64,000 bases of DNA from Octopus vulgaris (GCA_951406725.2 OX597820.1:80662001-80726000), one strand, 5' to 3'; positions 40,055 through 53,645 are shown, counted from the stretch's first letter. Program-made: numbers and translations. Notes: generated by a model not told the origin, from the letters alone.

Positions 40055-41402
40055 CTGATGGACTATACCATTATTCAAAATAGTCGGGGTCAAGGCAGCT
40101 TTTTGTTGGAATTATAACAAATACCGGGATCTGTAGTATTTTGGTTGCTGATGTTGTTTTTAGATGTGTTAGAGGATGTGTATGTATGTATCAATACATG
40201 TTTGTACGTATGCTATTCCTTTCCAGAAGTCAAGCCGGTCTGTAACAAAGTGACAAAGTCCTTTTGTTTAAAGTCAAGACAGTTTCGTGGTGGGGTTGTG
40301 GATATACATTTTTTTTTTCGCACACATATATATGTGGATAAACTCGCACTCATATAATAGTTTTGCATGTGATATTAGTACACACTTGTGTGCGTGTTTC
40401 ACTGCCTGTTTATGTATGTATTTGTGTCTGTGTATTCCATATGTATATGTTATTGTCTGCAATGTTCAAACCAGGAACCTCAAATGGAACGCTTTATCAT
40501 ACTACTAATCGATTATATTTGGAGAATTCGAATCAATTTGCTTTATTTCTTCTTGGAGAGCTGCAGAATTTCTTGGCTTTTATGTAAATCTGTTGTTACG
40601 TAGCCCAGTCCACATAATGAGTACAAATAAAAATCTATACTCTCGATATAAGAACTGTAAATTCCTCGTTTTTTCCTTTCCCCCGATTTTTGTTGAAACA
40701 TTCGAATGTACCAGGAAGCTGATTTCTATCACAGTTCATATTTTTTGGTCCCATATCCCATAGAATAACATTAGCCCTATTATGTTTATACAGGGCTGCT
40801 GTTTTTGGTGTTCTTATAGGGACGTACAGCCACAAATCTTTGTTTTTAAAAGGTTTGGATATATTCAGGTTCTTGTGTACTTTTAGTATGGCCCATAGGA
40901 CAATATTTTCTGTGGATAGCATTGCAGAGGGAAAAAGTAAGGAAAAGATTAAAGGGAAGACATGGGTACCTTCAGGAGCATGTGTGTAACGCCGTTGAAT
41001 TTTAAAGGTAATTTTCAAAGTATAAAACAAAGTTTCTTGAAGCATTTTTACGGCCGCCTGTGCTCTGATTTCAAATCGTACTGAGGCCAACTTAGTCTTT
41101 TATCCTTTCAAGGTCGATAAAACAAAGTACTAGGAAAGAGCAATAAGTTGGCGGAATCGTTAGAGTATCGGATGAAATAGACAACTTGCAGAATTTGTTC
41201 CGGTTCATTGCATTCTGAGTTTCTTATTTAGTAGGCTTAATCTCACTATGTTGCATGCAATCGGGTTTGGTTTTCGGCTTGAAGATAACTTTTTCTTTTC
41301 CTTGTCTCATCACTGAGTCCACCACCACCCCCCCAAAAAAACATATAGAAAAAAGGTCATCGGCAGTTCTTCGCTTCCTGACTAAAAGGCACTCACCATA
41401 AA

Positions 41403-41439
<37 letters not shown>

Positions 41440-43162
41440 AACTCTGCAATAAGTTCTATATCATTTGTACAACATGGAAAATATCCCACCAGCACTGCCC
41501 AGAGATGTTAGCATTAAGTTTAAAATTACGTAAGAACTGGCTCTGTGCCATGCGTCCAGTACAAAAGTCAAGTTCATCTCCCATTGTGATACATCTTTTT
41601 CTACCTCAGCATTATCTGTTGTATTTAATTCTATTCAGAAACAAATGGATTAGGACCTCATAACCTTCAAATGTTATTTGCACAAATCACCGATACCTGG
41701 ATATGTTTTGGTCTATAACAATACAACACAAAAATAGGTTTCGGTGTCTCCAAATGACGTCAGCGGATGATGTTATTAAAGTTGACATGCCCCAGACCAA
41801 TACTGGCCGAAATTCTGCATTTTTGTTCCTGCCTGTATTTATCTTAGACTGTTTCTCTGTGCCTCTCGTCTGTCTTTCTGTCTCCCCCTTCTCCCTCTTT
41901 ATCTTTTAGTGTGGTTTTATTTGCCGACTTCTCCTTCCTCTTATATATGTTTTCCTGCGACTAAACTCCCACTTATTCTTTCTCTTTGGCTGACACCTGA
42001 CCTTTTACACACACACACTCTCTCTCTCTCTCTCTCTCTTTTTCTTTTTCACACTGTCTTCCTCTCAACCACTGTTTGCTTTTCTCTCCCTCTCTCTCTT
42101 TCTCTCTCTCTCTGACACATTGCTTCTGATTTTCCGTCCCTCTCTCTCACACCCTGACTGTCTCCTCACTTGCTTTCACACTATTTGTCTCCTCGACTAT
42201 CTCCCGTACATACACACACACACACACACACTCTCTCTCTCTCTCTGTTTATGTGTTTCTCACGCGTGTCTCTCCCTTGCTCACACACATCTTTCTTTCT
42301 CTCTCCGCATGTCTTTCTCTGAGACTGTCTCTCTAATCTCTCTTACATTCTTTACATTCTGTCTGACTGTTTTTGTTTCCGATTTCCACTGCCTCTCTCA
42401 AATCCACGACTTGGTCTCCTCTGTTCGACAACTGACTGACATTCCTAGTGTAGGTTGGTTTGTTAGAATTTTAACTACCATTAAGCGTAAATACGGGGTG
42501 TGTCCGCTCATACACATACACACGCTCACAAATACAAACACACATGAATGACTGAGTGCTTATATGTGTGCTGTTAAGTAGTTTAAGAAGGTATACCACT
42601 ATCACCATTCCGCCGCTAAGCTACCACCTCCAACACCACAACCCCCAACATTATCAGCAGCTGTAGGAACGACAACAGTTATACAGCACTTCATAGTTGA
42701 TAATTTGTTTTATAGTTTTGTCACCCAGTTACGAGACGAAGCTACTTTTTAAAAACTAGCTTGACATTCACGTAGTTTTTGATCACACCACGCTAGGTAA
42801 GTTTTTCTGCTTTTATATAAGAGTGACTGTCAAAAAAAGAAGCCCCTTAAAAAACGTTTGTAGATCTTTCCAACAGGGGTAAATTTAGGGCTGCACCACA
42901 ATAGAATAGGTCTTAAATACGGTTTTCTAAATTGGTGTATGTGAATGTCCGAGTGTTTATGTATGTTTATAATTTGTTTCTGTATTTGTATGTATGGTTT
43001 GTGTGTGTGCGCGCACATACACATATCATACATACAAAATTATGTGTGCGTGTGTGAGTGTTTGTACACGCACACACATGCACTCACACACACATGCACT
43101 CACACACACATGCACTCACACACACATGCACTCACACACACATGTACACACACACACACAAT

Positions 43163-43855
43163 TTTACTTGTTTCAGTTATTAACTGTGGCCATACTGGGG
43201 CACCACCTTGAAAGGTTTTAGTAAAACAAATAAACCCCACTACTTATTTTTTCTCCTTAAGCCTGGTAATTATTCTATTGTTTTTTTTTTGTTGTTTTTT
43301 TTTTGCTGAACCGCTAGTTACAGAGAGTTAAACAAACTAACACCGGTTGTCAAGCGATGGTGGGGGCCTAAACACAAAGCCCCCCCCACCACCACCACCA
43401 CAAACACATACACGTATGACGGCTTCTCTTTCTGCCTACCGCATCCCCTCACAAAGGCTTTGGTCAGCCTGCGGCTATAATAGCCGCTTGCCCAAGGTGC
43501 TACGCAGTGGGACTGAACCTGAAACCATGTGACTGGGAAGCAAACTCTTCACCACGCAGTCACAATAAATATCTTATCTTTTATTTTACTTGTTTCAGTC
43601 ATTATCCTGCAGTCATGCTAGAGCACTGCTTTGAGGAATTTTAGTCGAACGAATCGACACCAGTACTTACTTTTTTTAAAGCCCGGTACCTATTCTAACG
43701 CTGTGTTTTTTGCTGAACCGCTAGATTGCGGGGACGTGAACAAACCAACCCGGTTATCAAGCAGTGGTAGGGAACACACACACACACACACACACAGACT
43801 TCTTTCAGTTTCCGTTCAGCAAAACATACTCACAAGGTTTTGGTCAACCAGAAAC
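43163..43855 (-). mobile_element. Two older family A SINE copies
   Basis: Diverged reverse-complement matches to 409-826 (43163-43562 and a partial at 43580-43855). Confidence 0.75.
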
Positions 43856-43857
43856 TA

Positions 43858-44468
43858 TATGGCGATTTTTTTTCCTCTGTCTTCCCTTCTCTGGATCTTT
43901 CCTTCTCCTATGTTTCCGACGAAGAGCTCCGCTCGAAACGTTAAACCCTCCTTCTTTCATGAGCGTCCAATAATACTATTTTTGTTCCACGCCCTCGCGT
44001 TGTTGTATTTTTTTTTGTGCTTTCTTGTTTGGATTAACTTTATATATATATGTATGTATATATATATATACAGGGTTGGCCAAAAGTCACTTGACAGTAA
44101 ATCAAAATGTGTCGCTCAAGAAGGACTTCAGTTTGAACAGTTTTCATGATGTTTCATAGTTAGATGTTTTTATTAAATTCATTCGGTTCTTGAACAAATA
44201 AATCTTGGAATCAAATGGTTTTGATTTACTGTCAGGTGACTTTTGGCCGACACTGTGTTTGTATGTGACCGCGTGTGTATCGTTGGCGATTTTTTCCTCC
44301 GTGTTCCCTTCCTTGGATCTTTCCTTTTCCTTTTTTTCTGACAAAGAGCTCCGCTCGAAACGCTAAATCTTCCTTCTTTCTTTCCTTTCCTGAGCGTCCA
44401 ATAACACTATACTTGTTCCACGTCATCGCGTTGTTGTGTTTTCTCTTTGTGTTTTCATGTTTGGATTA

Positions 44469-44472
<4 letters not shown>
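43858..44472 (+). mobile_element. Direct pair of ~185-bp hammerhead-bearing elements (43858-44040, 44284-44472)
   Basis: Both run GGCGATTTT..GAGCTCCGCTCGAAACG..TGAGCGTCCAATAA..TTTGGATTAACT then (TA)n. Motifs at 43912-43946 and 44334-44368. Confidence 0.8.
44071..44255. mobile_element. Tc1/mariner-type MITE
   Basis: 37-bp TIRs CAG(G/T)GT(T/C)GGCCAAAAGTCAC(T/C)TGACAGTAAATCAAAA, preceded by TA. Confidence 0.85.
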
Positions 44473-44536
<64 letters not shown>

Positions 44537-44879
44537 CATACATACAATTCTGGTGTCAGTCATTTAACTGTGGACCTACTAGTGCACCGACTTCTAAACA
44601 GTAGAACATAAAAAGCAGAGTATGTGTTACTGGTTATTGTTGATGTAATTTTGTGTGTGTTTTGTACTGTAGTCCCAACTCTTTTGAACGCTCAGTCTAA
44701 TGGTATGCAGGTGATCGGTCGATAAAACAGATTACTCACAAAGCTATTTTTCCAGGTCCATTATTAATCTTATTAAAGAACCAGATGAAGGAAAATGTCC
44801 CCAGGATTCACTGAAAGGGTGGGGGAAGATAATGAATCCTCAGACGATAATCAGGAACACCCCTGGAATGTACAAAGGA

Positions 44880-47210
44880 TTTCTGATCAGTGAATGGATT
44901 ATGCATGCGTCGGGGGTGGGGTGGGGGAGATTCAGTTCTCGCAAAAGAAGGAATATTCATCGGATAAAGATGAGATGCACAGCTCAACCTGTGACTCAGG
45001 AGCAGCGCGCTGTGTATACAGATAAAATCTCAGAATTCTAGAGCCAGGACAAAATCCGCTGTGCCGAAGATATTCTTTGCGGTAATGGTATGGAAATTAA
45101 GTATATTTTTTCATTCACATTATATATCGGCACATCAATTCAGAAGAGCGATGTCCTTGGAATAGCAGATTGCCTGGAATATGGGAGTATGATCTGGAAA
45201 GCGGGCGGGGGAACAAGACCGTCTTGCATGTGATCTGGTCGGATTTGACAAATGTCTATGGTCCTGCTCCCTATCACGCTATAGATTCTTTCCTGATGTA
45301 CAGTGTTCCAAAGGAGATATGCAAAATGCTTGATGCGTTGTTGCGTTGTTCAATGTATTTAAGATGCGCTTCAGCACCAGTGAATACACATCGAATTGAA
45401 AAAGAGTGAAAGTGGTAATCGCAATGAGATGTACATTGTCACCAATACTCTTTAATCTGGTGTGATGCAGGTGATAATCAGAGCTGCAGAAAGTCAGGTA
45501 AAACCAGTGAAACTGAGCAGAGAATGTCAATTGCCGCTGCTTCAGGTTTCCTGGTCGATACTACTATCCTGGTATCCAAAGAAATTTTCTCACTCAGTTG
45601 GATAACCTTCAAATCTAAGAAGTCAAGGGCAAGATAACCTTCAAACCCAAGGAGTCCAGAAGACTCTCTCTGAAAAAAAGGGAAAGTGAGCCAAGAGACC
45701 AACTTCTAAAGGAATGACCAAAGAATCCTCCACACTATCAAAACAACCAGTGACAAGTCTGGGAAGTGGCATGATGAAACTTTGAATGAGACCAGAAATG
45801 AAAGAATCTGCTCAAACAGCAGATGACGGTCTCAAGAAGGTTGACTGTAGCCCATTGCTGGAGAAATACATAGTGTGGTGCCTCCAACATATGCTCATAC
45901 CAATGCTGCAGTGACCACAACTTATGTATATGAAATTGCTACTGGTACAGTTGGGGCACTGAAGGCGAAAAATCAACAAATTCACCAGGAAATAGCTACG
46001 TGCACCTCCTAGACTGTCTTATGTCGTCCTATACTGCCGACAGGCAAAACTGAAGTTGCCACCTAAATCGAAAAGCATTCAAAACATGATTGTAGATAAT
46101 GTTAGAATGCTCCAAAGACAGCGATCAGATCAGTACAGCCTACACTGAAGACTAGCAGGAAATGGATGGTCCATGACGCTGCAGTAGATGCCAAAGAAAA
46201 CCACGCCCTTAAGGAAATCATTGGACTTATCCAGATATGGAGACAAAGACTAGGCACAAGCAAAATGCAACGGTAGTCAAAAACGTCGGGTGAGGGCCAT
46301 TAAGACTTGGTTATTCAGGAAGTAAGGTAAGAGGAGGACAAAAGGAGATACACAAAAACAGTACAGCCGTCTCAGCAAAGAACTGAGACGAGTCATTGCA
46401 AAGGTTGCTTACATTGAATGGTGTGTGGAAGATGGCACCTCTCAGGTTGAGCTTCATTATACGAGCCACATACGACCTGCTTCCACCAAAGGTCAACCTT
46501 GTGAAATGGGGTAAAGTCGTTTCTGGAGCACGTGCTTTATTTCGGTAAGGTGGTCCTTGTCAATAGCAGATGCACATAGAAACACAACAGAATGCTAGAA
46601 GAGCTAAAATATTCAATGGGGGCCTGAACCTACGAGCTCAGCCCAGATGTTTGTAACGGAAGGGAAAGAAGAGAAGTGATATGGGTTAAAAATAAAAATA
46701 AAAAAACATGCCCAGGGATGAATTTACGCACGGACAAAATCTATTTGGATTTCAAAGAGAATTGGAAATATCTGCAGATTTCCAGACTGGCATGAAGAAC
46801 TATCCAAATTTCATCAGTATACAAAGGCAAATATCAGATATTGACCCATGATGCCAAAATCTTTGTCGAAATGACAATCCCTTTTGTCCCAGTAGATGAA
46901 CAGTATAGATTTCATTTGAGGAAATATGATGACCTTATGAAAGAACTGACATAAGAAGGGGTACCACACCACAGTACAGACAGTGGATATTGTTGTACGA
47001 AAGTTTACTGCAGTCTTAACGAACCAACTATCAGGTCAGTTCGGAATATGATCATCTGAATGTTCCGAGTTCAATCCCTATTAAATGTAGCATTTGATAA
47101 ACCACAGGACACCTAAGAGTCATGACCCAGGTTGGCTCAACTGCCTTAGAGTGTCAGGAATAAAAGGACCAAAATAGTTGACTGACAAGAGTCCTTCTTC
47201 TGAAGATTTC
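44880..47210 (+). mobile_element. Decayed RLE-type non-LTR element (HERO/R2-like)
   Basis: LHVIWSDLTNVYGPAPY (cf. WLDLANAYGSVPH), IAMRCTLSPILF and LSFIIRATYDLLPPKVNLVKWG. Confidence 0.7.
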
Positions 47211-47851
47211 TACTGTCCGTTCGCCCTCTAGCGAGTTCCCACTTACTATTTACATTTAAATTACATGCATACATACATCTAATCTATTTATCTATACTAT
47301 AATGGACAAAGCTGCTTATTAATTAGGTATGTAACAATTACTAAAAGTATTAAAAGAAAGCAATTATTAAAGGGTTGACTGTCTGGAAATATTTTTATAA
47401 ATTCATGTTCTAAGAAATTACCTATAATTTCAATTTCTCAAGTTCCTTGTATTTTTAAAACTCCAATTTCTCGCAAATCAAAATATTCATTGCATTCACT
47501 GGTGTATTCCATTTTCACTTTCTCTTTTAAGTTTTCATTCGCTATTTGGAAAACCGACAGTTTATTCTATTAATGTATACGTAATATATTATTTAGTGAA
47601 TGAAAATTTTAAAAATACCCGTATAATTTTTGAACGTGGGATAGCTGTGAGAAGAGCCTAGAAATTTGAGTAATTACTATTAGAAGAAAAATGTTACCGA
47701 TAAGTACTCGAGACTTGCACCTTATTCACAGTTTCCGAACACTGTACAACTAAACCAATATATACACAAACAAGTTGCACGAGCGTCTTCAAGAGTGACA
47801 CACTCGCGCACATATAAACAAATGAAAGGCAATGAATGTATGTGTATGTGC

Positions 47852-47920
<69 letters not shown>

Positions 47921-47973
47921 CGTGCTTGCTGTTCACTGACAAAACTTCGTGCTGCATTACATTTGTTAAGTTT

Positions 47974-48020
47974 TGTCAGTGAACAGGTCGCGGTTTCAAA
48001 GTGAAGAAAATATTTTGACA
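47974..48020 (+). ncRNA. Minimal hammerhead with G3-C8 core swap (copy 2)
   Basis: TGTCA-GTGAACA-G-GTCGC-GGTTTCAAA-GTGAA-GAAA-ATAT-TT-TGACA, preceded by an inverted partial duplicate at 47931-47947. Confidence 0.6.
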
Positions 48021-49292
48021 CAAATGAGATTTTAATGTTGAAATTAAGCTGATACTACTTAAATACAGTAGAGTCGTGAAACTAACGGTTTCTGTGTGTT
48101 CTTGACTGATTTACATCTGCGCTGCAATTGTTTTTGTTTCAGTACACGATCTCAGATCAAGTCCCTTGCTATGCAAGTACATCTCTATAATTTTTAAAAT
48201 CACTGTGGATAAATGCCAGCAATGACCTTCTCAGGCTCTCCAATATTTTAATTTCTAAGCAGAAACAATTGGAGCAGGGAATGGGGTTGCAAAAATTCAT
48301 AATTTCTCAAATTTTCTTTTTTGTAGCATATATATATATATTTATGGGGAAAAGATATTGAAAAACATCAATACATGCGAGAGTGAAAAAGAAACGAGGA
48401 GGGTTGTCTTTGGATATGCTAAAAACAACGGCCAAATCACTCACTTTTCCCTATGAAAATAACAATTTATAAATTTTTTTTTTTTATCGAAAATGTTCTT
48501 CACATGGTTTTGAAGTGCAAAAATATAGGCCCAAATAGGTCCGAAGTGGGATGATGAAGGAGTGGGTGTAAAAAAAGAGTTTACAAATTATTTTTCATAC
48601 AAAGACGCCCCATCATTCCGATGGCTGTGGTTTAAAAAAATAAGGAAAAGCCCTGAAAAATTTTTCGCCACAAATTTCTTTATAATCGTAATCTATGTCG
48701 TTTGAAAGGGATTTGTATAAATTTCCTCTCTCCACCAACTCGGAAAAATTCTTTCTCATAAATCCCTATATACTATGAAGTCACAACATCTAAGCGGTAT
48801 TTGTAGAAAATGTTGTTAAAAAGTAACCATTTTTCTGGATATCATGAAGCAACAAAGTCGGGGGCGTATACATCTGTAGTAACGCCCTTTTATTTATACG
48901 ATGTTTTCATTTCATGTTTATTTCATTCATTGTTTGCAATGTTCTCTCACACATATTGCAAAGCTTACTGAAAGACTGCTGAATTGAAATTTCTATCTTG
49001 CTCTGAGGGGAAGGTAAAACTTGACAAACTGCTTCCCCCTCTGTTGTTGGACTATCATGATATTTGTTTAAAAAAGTGAGATTATGACTGTGATAAAATA
49101 ATGAAAGCAATTCTTAATAAAAATAATGAAAGCAATACTTACTAAGCCAGTGAACACTATTATACTAAGAAATAATTAGACTAAAAATATAAAAGTTATT
49201 AGAATTGGGAATCAGATATGAAAATATTAAGTGGGTAGCAGAAAACCGCCCGGAGGATAGTCTTTCTGTTAGTATATATAATGCACATATCA

Positions 49293-49354
<62 letters not shown>

Positions 49355-49425
49355 ACCTTACATATAATAAAATGTAGCTAGCATTATATATATGTGAACT
49401 ATATACATACATGTATACATATATG

Positions 49426-49480
<55 letters not shown>

Positions 49481-50141
49481 TATATATATATATGTGTGTA
49501 CCTCTAAGTGTATGTTTTACAGTTTCATTGCCTTGACATCAAGCTATAGTAGTAAGCGAGTGTCACTGTCATGCGAGAGGTAATCTTTGTTTTCAGTCTT
49601 TAAAGTGATCATGTTTGGGCATGATGAAATATTAATTTACCTAGAAAGAGGCTAGGGTTGGCGACGGAAAGGGCATCTGGCTGTACGAAATCTATCTGAT
49701 CTATGTGAACATGGAAAAGTTGATGTCTCTCTCACTCTTTCTCTCTCTCTCACACACACACACATCACGTGAACGTTAAAGTTTTCTATTCAAGTGCTTC
49801 AATTCTGTGTATGTACATATATATTTACTCCATTGCTGACATTGAGCAATGGTTTCTCCTATTGTTTTGATGCACCATTATCTGTCATTATTAGAACTGT
49901 CAGCATTTTTTATGACACTGGTATGCTAGTATATATATAAAACATGTTTCTATATCGTAACAGCCGTTTCCAGTCGTGCTTTACATTGTATAGAGAGAAA
50001 GGGGGACAGAGTAAAGGAGAGATACAAAAAGAGATAACATGAAGTGTATTTGAGCGCACATAGTAGGTTGGTGGCAGGCATTGAGTAAAGACACGGAACA
50101 TTTACACAATAAAAGAAATAGAATCACAGAAACATAGTAGG

Positions 50142-50187
<46 letters not shown>

Positions 50188-50194
50188 ACACTAT

Positions 50195-51510
50195 GACTGG
50201 GTGCTGAAACGACTGCTCAACCACTCAAATGTGGAAGTCATATATCTCGACTTTGCAAAGGCCTTTGATAAAGTCGATCATGGAATGCTATGTCACAAAC
50301 TGCGTGATCTTGGCATAGTTGGAAAATTGGGAGAATGGCTTCATGACTTTCTCAATGGTGCTATGTGGAATGATAATTAGCTAAGGCAATGAAAATTTGT
50401 GCACTATAGGCAAACCGTAGAAAGACTTGTGTAGGAAGAGGAGAATGGAGAGGAATGTTTATAAGGCATGCGTTGGTACTAATAATTGTGTGGTATAATA
50501 AAACATGTGAAATTCAGGTTTCTCAAATTTAGGTTACGGCATTCTTTCTATAGAAAGCTGTTTTTTATTGAGTTAAATTTCACGAAGGAATGCTTTTAGT
50601 TAAATTCGTTGGTCACTCAAACTGAGGTTGAATTGATATTCTCTTAGATTTAAAAAACAAAATTCTACGTGGGTGTTTTGGAAATAATAAAAACGGAGGA
50701 GTCATTTCGCTGTAAATAGTTACTGCATTTTTTCTTGTCTGTGTTTCGTGTGGTTTTTTGTATTTATTTATTACGCTATTGTAGGACAATGCATATAGGT
50801 AATTCCATTTTCATATACCCACAATATAATGGTTTTATTCTAGTTCTTCACGTCATCAAATCTGTTTGTTTGCTCTTACCACTAACACGCAAATAGTGAG
50901 CGGTGTTCCGCAGGGCACTGTTTTGGGACCACTACTGTTCATAATGGCCCTCTCAGACATGCCCTCAGCCACGCAGAGAGCCACGATCACAAGTTATGCA
51001 GATGATACAAAAGTTTCACAGGTAATACAGAACCCTGAAGATACTAAGCACCTGCAATGTGAGCTGGACAAAATATACAAGTGGGCTGAAAAGAATAGCA
51101 TGCAGTTCAATGCTGAAAAGTTTCAAGCTCTATGCTATCAGCACGCAAAACTAAATGCAATACCCAATAAATACACTGGACCTGGAAGGACTGTAATCCC
51201 AGAGGCACAATCAGTGCGAGACCTGGGTATTTACATGAGTGATGATGCAACCTTTCATGTGCATGTTGCTAAATTGGCAATGAAATGTAGGCGGCTGACC
51301 GGATGGATTCTTAGAACCTTCAGAACAAGAGACCAGGAAACTATGATGGTCCTCTGGAGGACACTTGTCCTAAGCCTCTTTGACTATTGCTCTCAGCTAT
51401 GGTCACCATCCAGTGTCAAGTTAATCACAGAACTTGAGGCGATCCAACGAAGCTACACGAAGAAGATAGCCTCTGTGCAGCATATAAGCTATTGGGAAAG
51501 ACTTGACAGC
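50195..51510 (+). mobile_element. CR1/L2-group LINE RT fragment interrupted at 50355-50881
   Basis: VIYLDFAKAFDKVDHG..WLHDFL before the break. SGVPQGTVLGPLLF, YADDTK, VRDLG and DYCSQLWSP after it (ORF 50866-51525). Confidence 0.92.
50355..50881 (+). repeat. Composite local duplication of 53781-54234 and 51872-51948
   Basis: Direct matches with scattered substitutions. Confidence 0.92.
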
Positions 51511-51632
51511 TGGTGTTTACGGTAAAAAAAAAAAGATTGATAGAATAAGTAGCGAGCATTAAAAAAAAAATGAAAAGTACTGGAGTTGATTCATTCGACT
51601 TAAATCTTTCAGGGCAGTGCCTCATCATACAC

Positions 51633-51725
<93 letters not shown>

Positions 51726-51829
51726 TAAATGCATACATACAAGAGTGTGCATTTGAAGATACAAGTAGATGGGCAGATGAGCAACTTAGATATGTATGCA
51801 TACATATATATTATCATCATCATTAGGTG

Positions 51830-52960
51830 TCCCCTGCTCTTAGCAGAATTTCTGTTTGGGTCTTTTCTCTGCCATTTTCATATACCCACAATATAATGGT
51901 TTTATTCTAGTTCTTCACGTCATCAAATCCGTTTGTTTGCTCTTACCATGCGACGAAAATAATTTGGCTTCCTTTCTCTAACAGTTGAGAGTAATGATCA
52001 TTTCCTAGTTGTAGCTGTTCTTCATTAGCTTTATGTTTTGTCTATTTCAAATATCCGCATTTCAAAACCTAGTTTCTCCAATAGAGTTTTCGTCAGTGTC
52101 CATGCTTCGGCATCATATAATAATGTGTACCATATGTGCCATCTACACAACATTTCTCTCGTGTTTATATATATATATATTCCTTGATGTTAAAACTTTT
52201 GATATGTTTTAAAATGTTCTCTTTGCAATATTTAATCTTCGTCTCATTTCAGTTTCATATTTACCATTTTCAGATTGCATAAAAACGTGATCGACTATGT
52301 TTGAAATGTTTCTATTGGTGTTCATTTATGGTTATATTGATGTGAAGGCGCATGGCTCAGTGGTTTGAGCGTCGAGCTTACGATCGTGAGATTGTGAGCT
52401 CGAATCCGGGACCGGGCTGCGTGTTGTGTTCTTGAGCAAGGCACTTTATTTCACGTTGCTCCAGTTCACTCAGCTGTAGAAATGAGTTGCGACGTCACTG
52501 GTGCCAAGCTGTATCGACCTTTGTCTTTCCCTTGGATAACACTGGTGGCGTGGAGAGGGGAGGCTGGTATGCAGGGGCGACTGCTGGTCTTCCATAAATA
52601 ACCTCGCCCGGACTTGTGTCTAGGAGGGTAACTTTCTAGGTACAATCCCATGGTCTGTGTCGTGACCGAAGGGGGTCTCCTCCGATGTTAAGAGGTGTTT
52701 CTTTCTTGCTGACCGCTTAAGTTTTCGTCTTTCTAGTATTTATTTTCATTCCATCTGGTTCTCCCTTTTTATTGACTGCATTGACCAATTGATGTACCCA
52801 GTGTTAATAATGCAGTAAGATCGGCATTTCTCCAACTTCTTGGAATATATTTTGGATAAGTTAAAGAGACTGGAAGATAAGACATATCATTGTCTCACTC
52901 CTTTCTTTATTTTGAACTCTAATTCAATTCCATGTTATTTTCTTTCTTCTGCTGTTTTCA
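51830..52960 (-). mobile_element. Decayed RTE-like LINE interrupted by a SINE
   Basis: KIKKGVRQ*YVLSSSLFNL, GMKINTRKTK, YETEMRRRLNIAK and LLYDAEAWTL on the minus strand. Confidence 0.7.
52344..52680 (+). mobile_element. tRNA-derived CORE-type SINE
   Basis: A-box TGGCTCAGTGG, B-box GAGCTCGAATCC and CORE-like TTCTTGAGCAAGGCACTTTATTTCAC. Confidence 0.82.
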
Positions 52961-53601
52961 CCCCATACATTTTAGCATACATATAGGATATGCATATGTA
53001 TAGTTGTGTACGTATTTATACATCCCAGTACGCTTATTTTTATTTGTGCATAGTTGTATATTAATGTATGCCCATATACACGTGTGAATATCTGCGAAGA
53101 TGTATGTACGAGTATACCTATGTGTGGATAAGCATATATATTGTTATATTGATATATTGTTTATACATATTTTATAGATGAATGTACAAATGAAAATATG
53201 TATCACTTTATGCGTTCATCTGGATGTATAAGTTATGCGATGCAGTTACATATATATATTTGTTTACAATAGTATGATATAAAATGCAAATGACCGCACT
53301 AGGAACAGATTAGAAAACCCATATAAATATTTATAGTGACATATATACTCAATCTTAACCTTCTCAAAATACCTACTTTAAAATGTCTTAATAGAAATCT
53401 AATAATGCCAACACCATTTTAACCTCACTCTGATGAATGCTGTGTAACCAACTGATTTATCTACATTTTGTGAACCCTAGAACAACAAAAGCCAACTTTC
53501 TAGACAATGAATGTCGTGACCTGAATTTGATTACGTCTGTTTACACCTCAACTTTCATGCCCGACTGAACCTTAAACACTAACAGAATTCTCATGCAAAT
53601 C

Positions 53602-53645
53602 ACAGTCTGGTGAAAGCTAGCAAGCTGAAACATCGAAGTCACTGT
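53602..53645 (+). ncRNA. Hammerhead motif with an A6G core change
   Basis: ACAGT-CTGGTGA-A-AGCT-AGCA-AGCT-GAAA-C-ATCGAA-G-TC-ACTGT. Stems I-III all pair. Confidence 0.6.
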
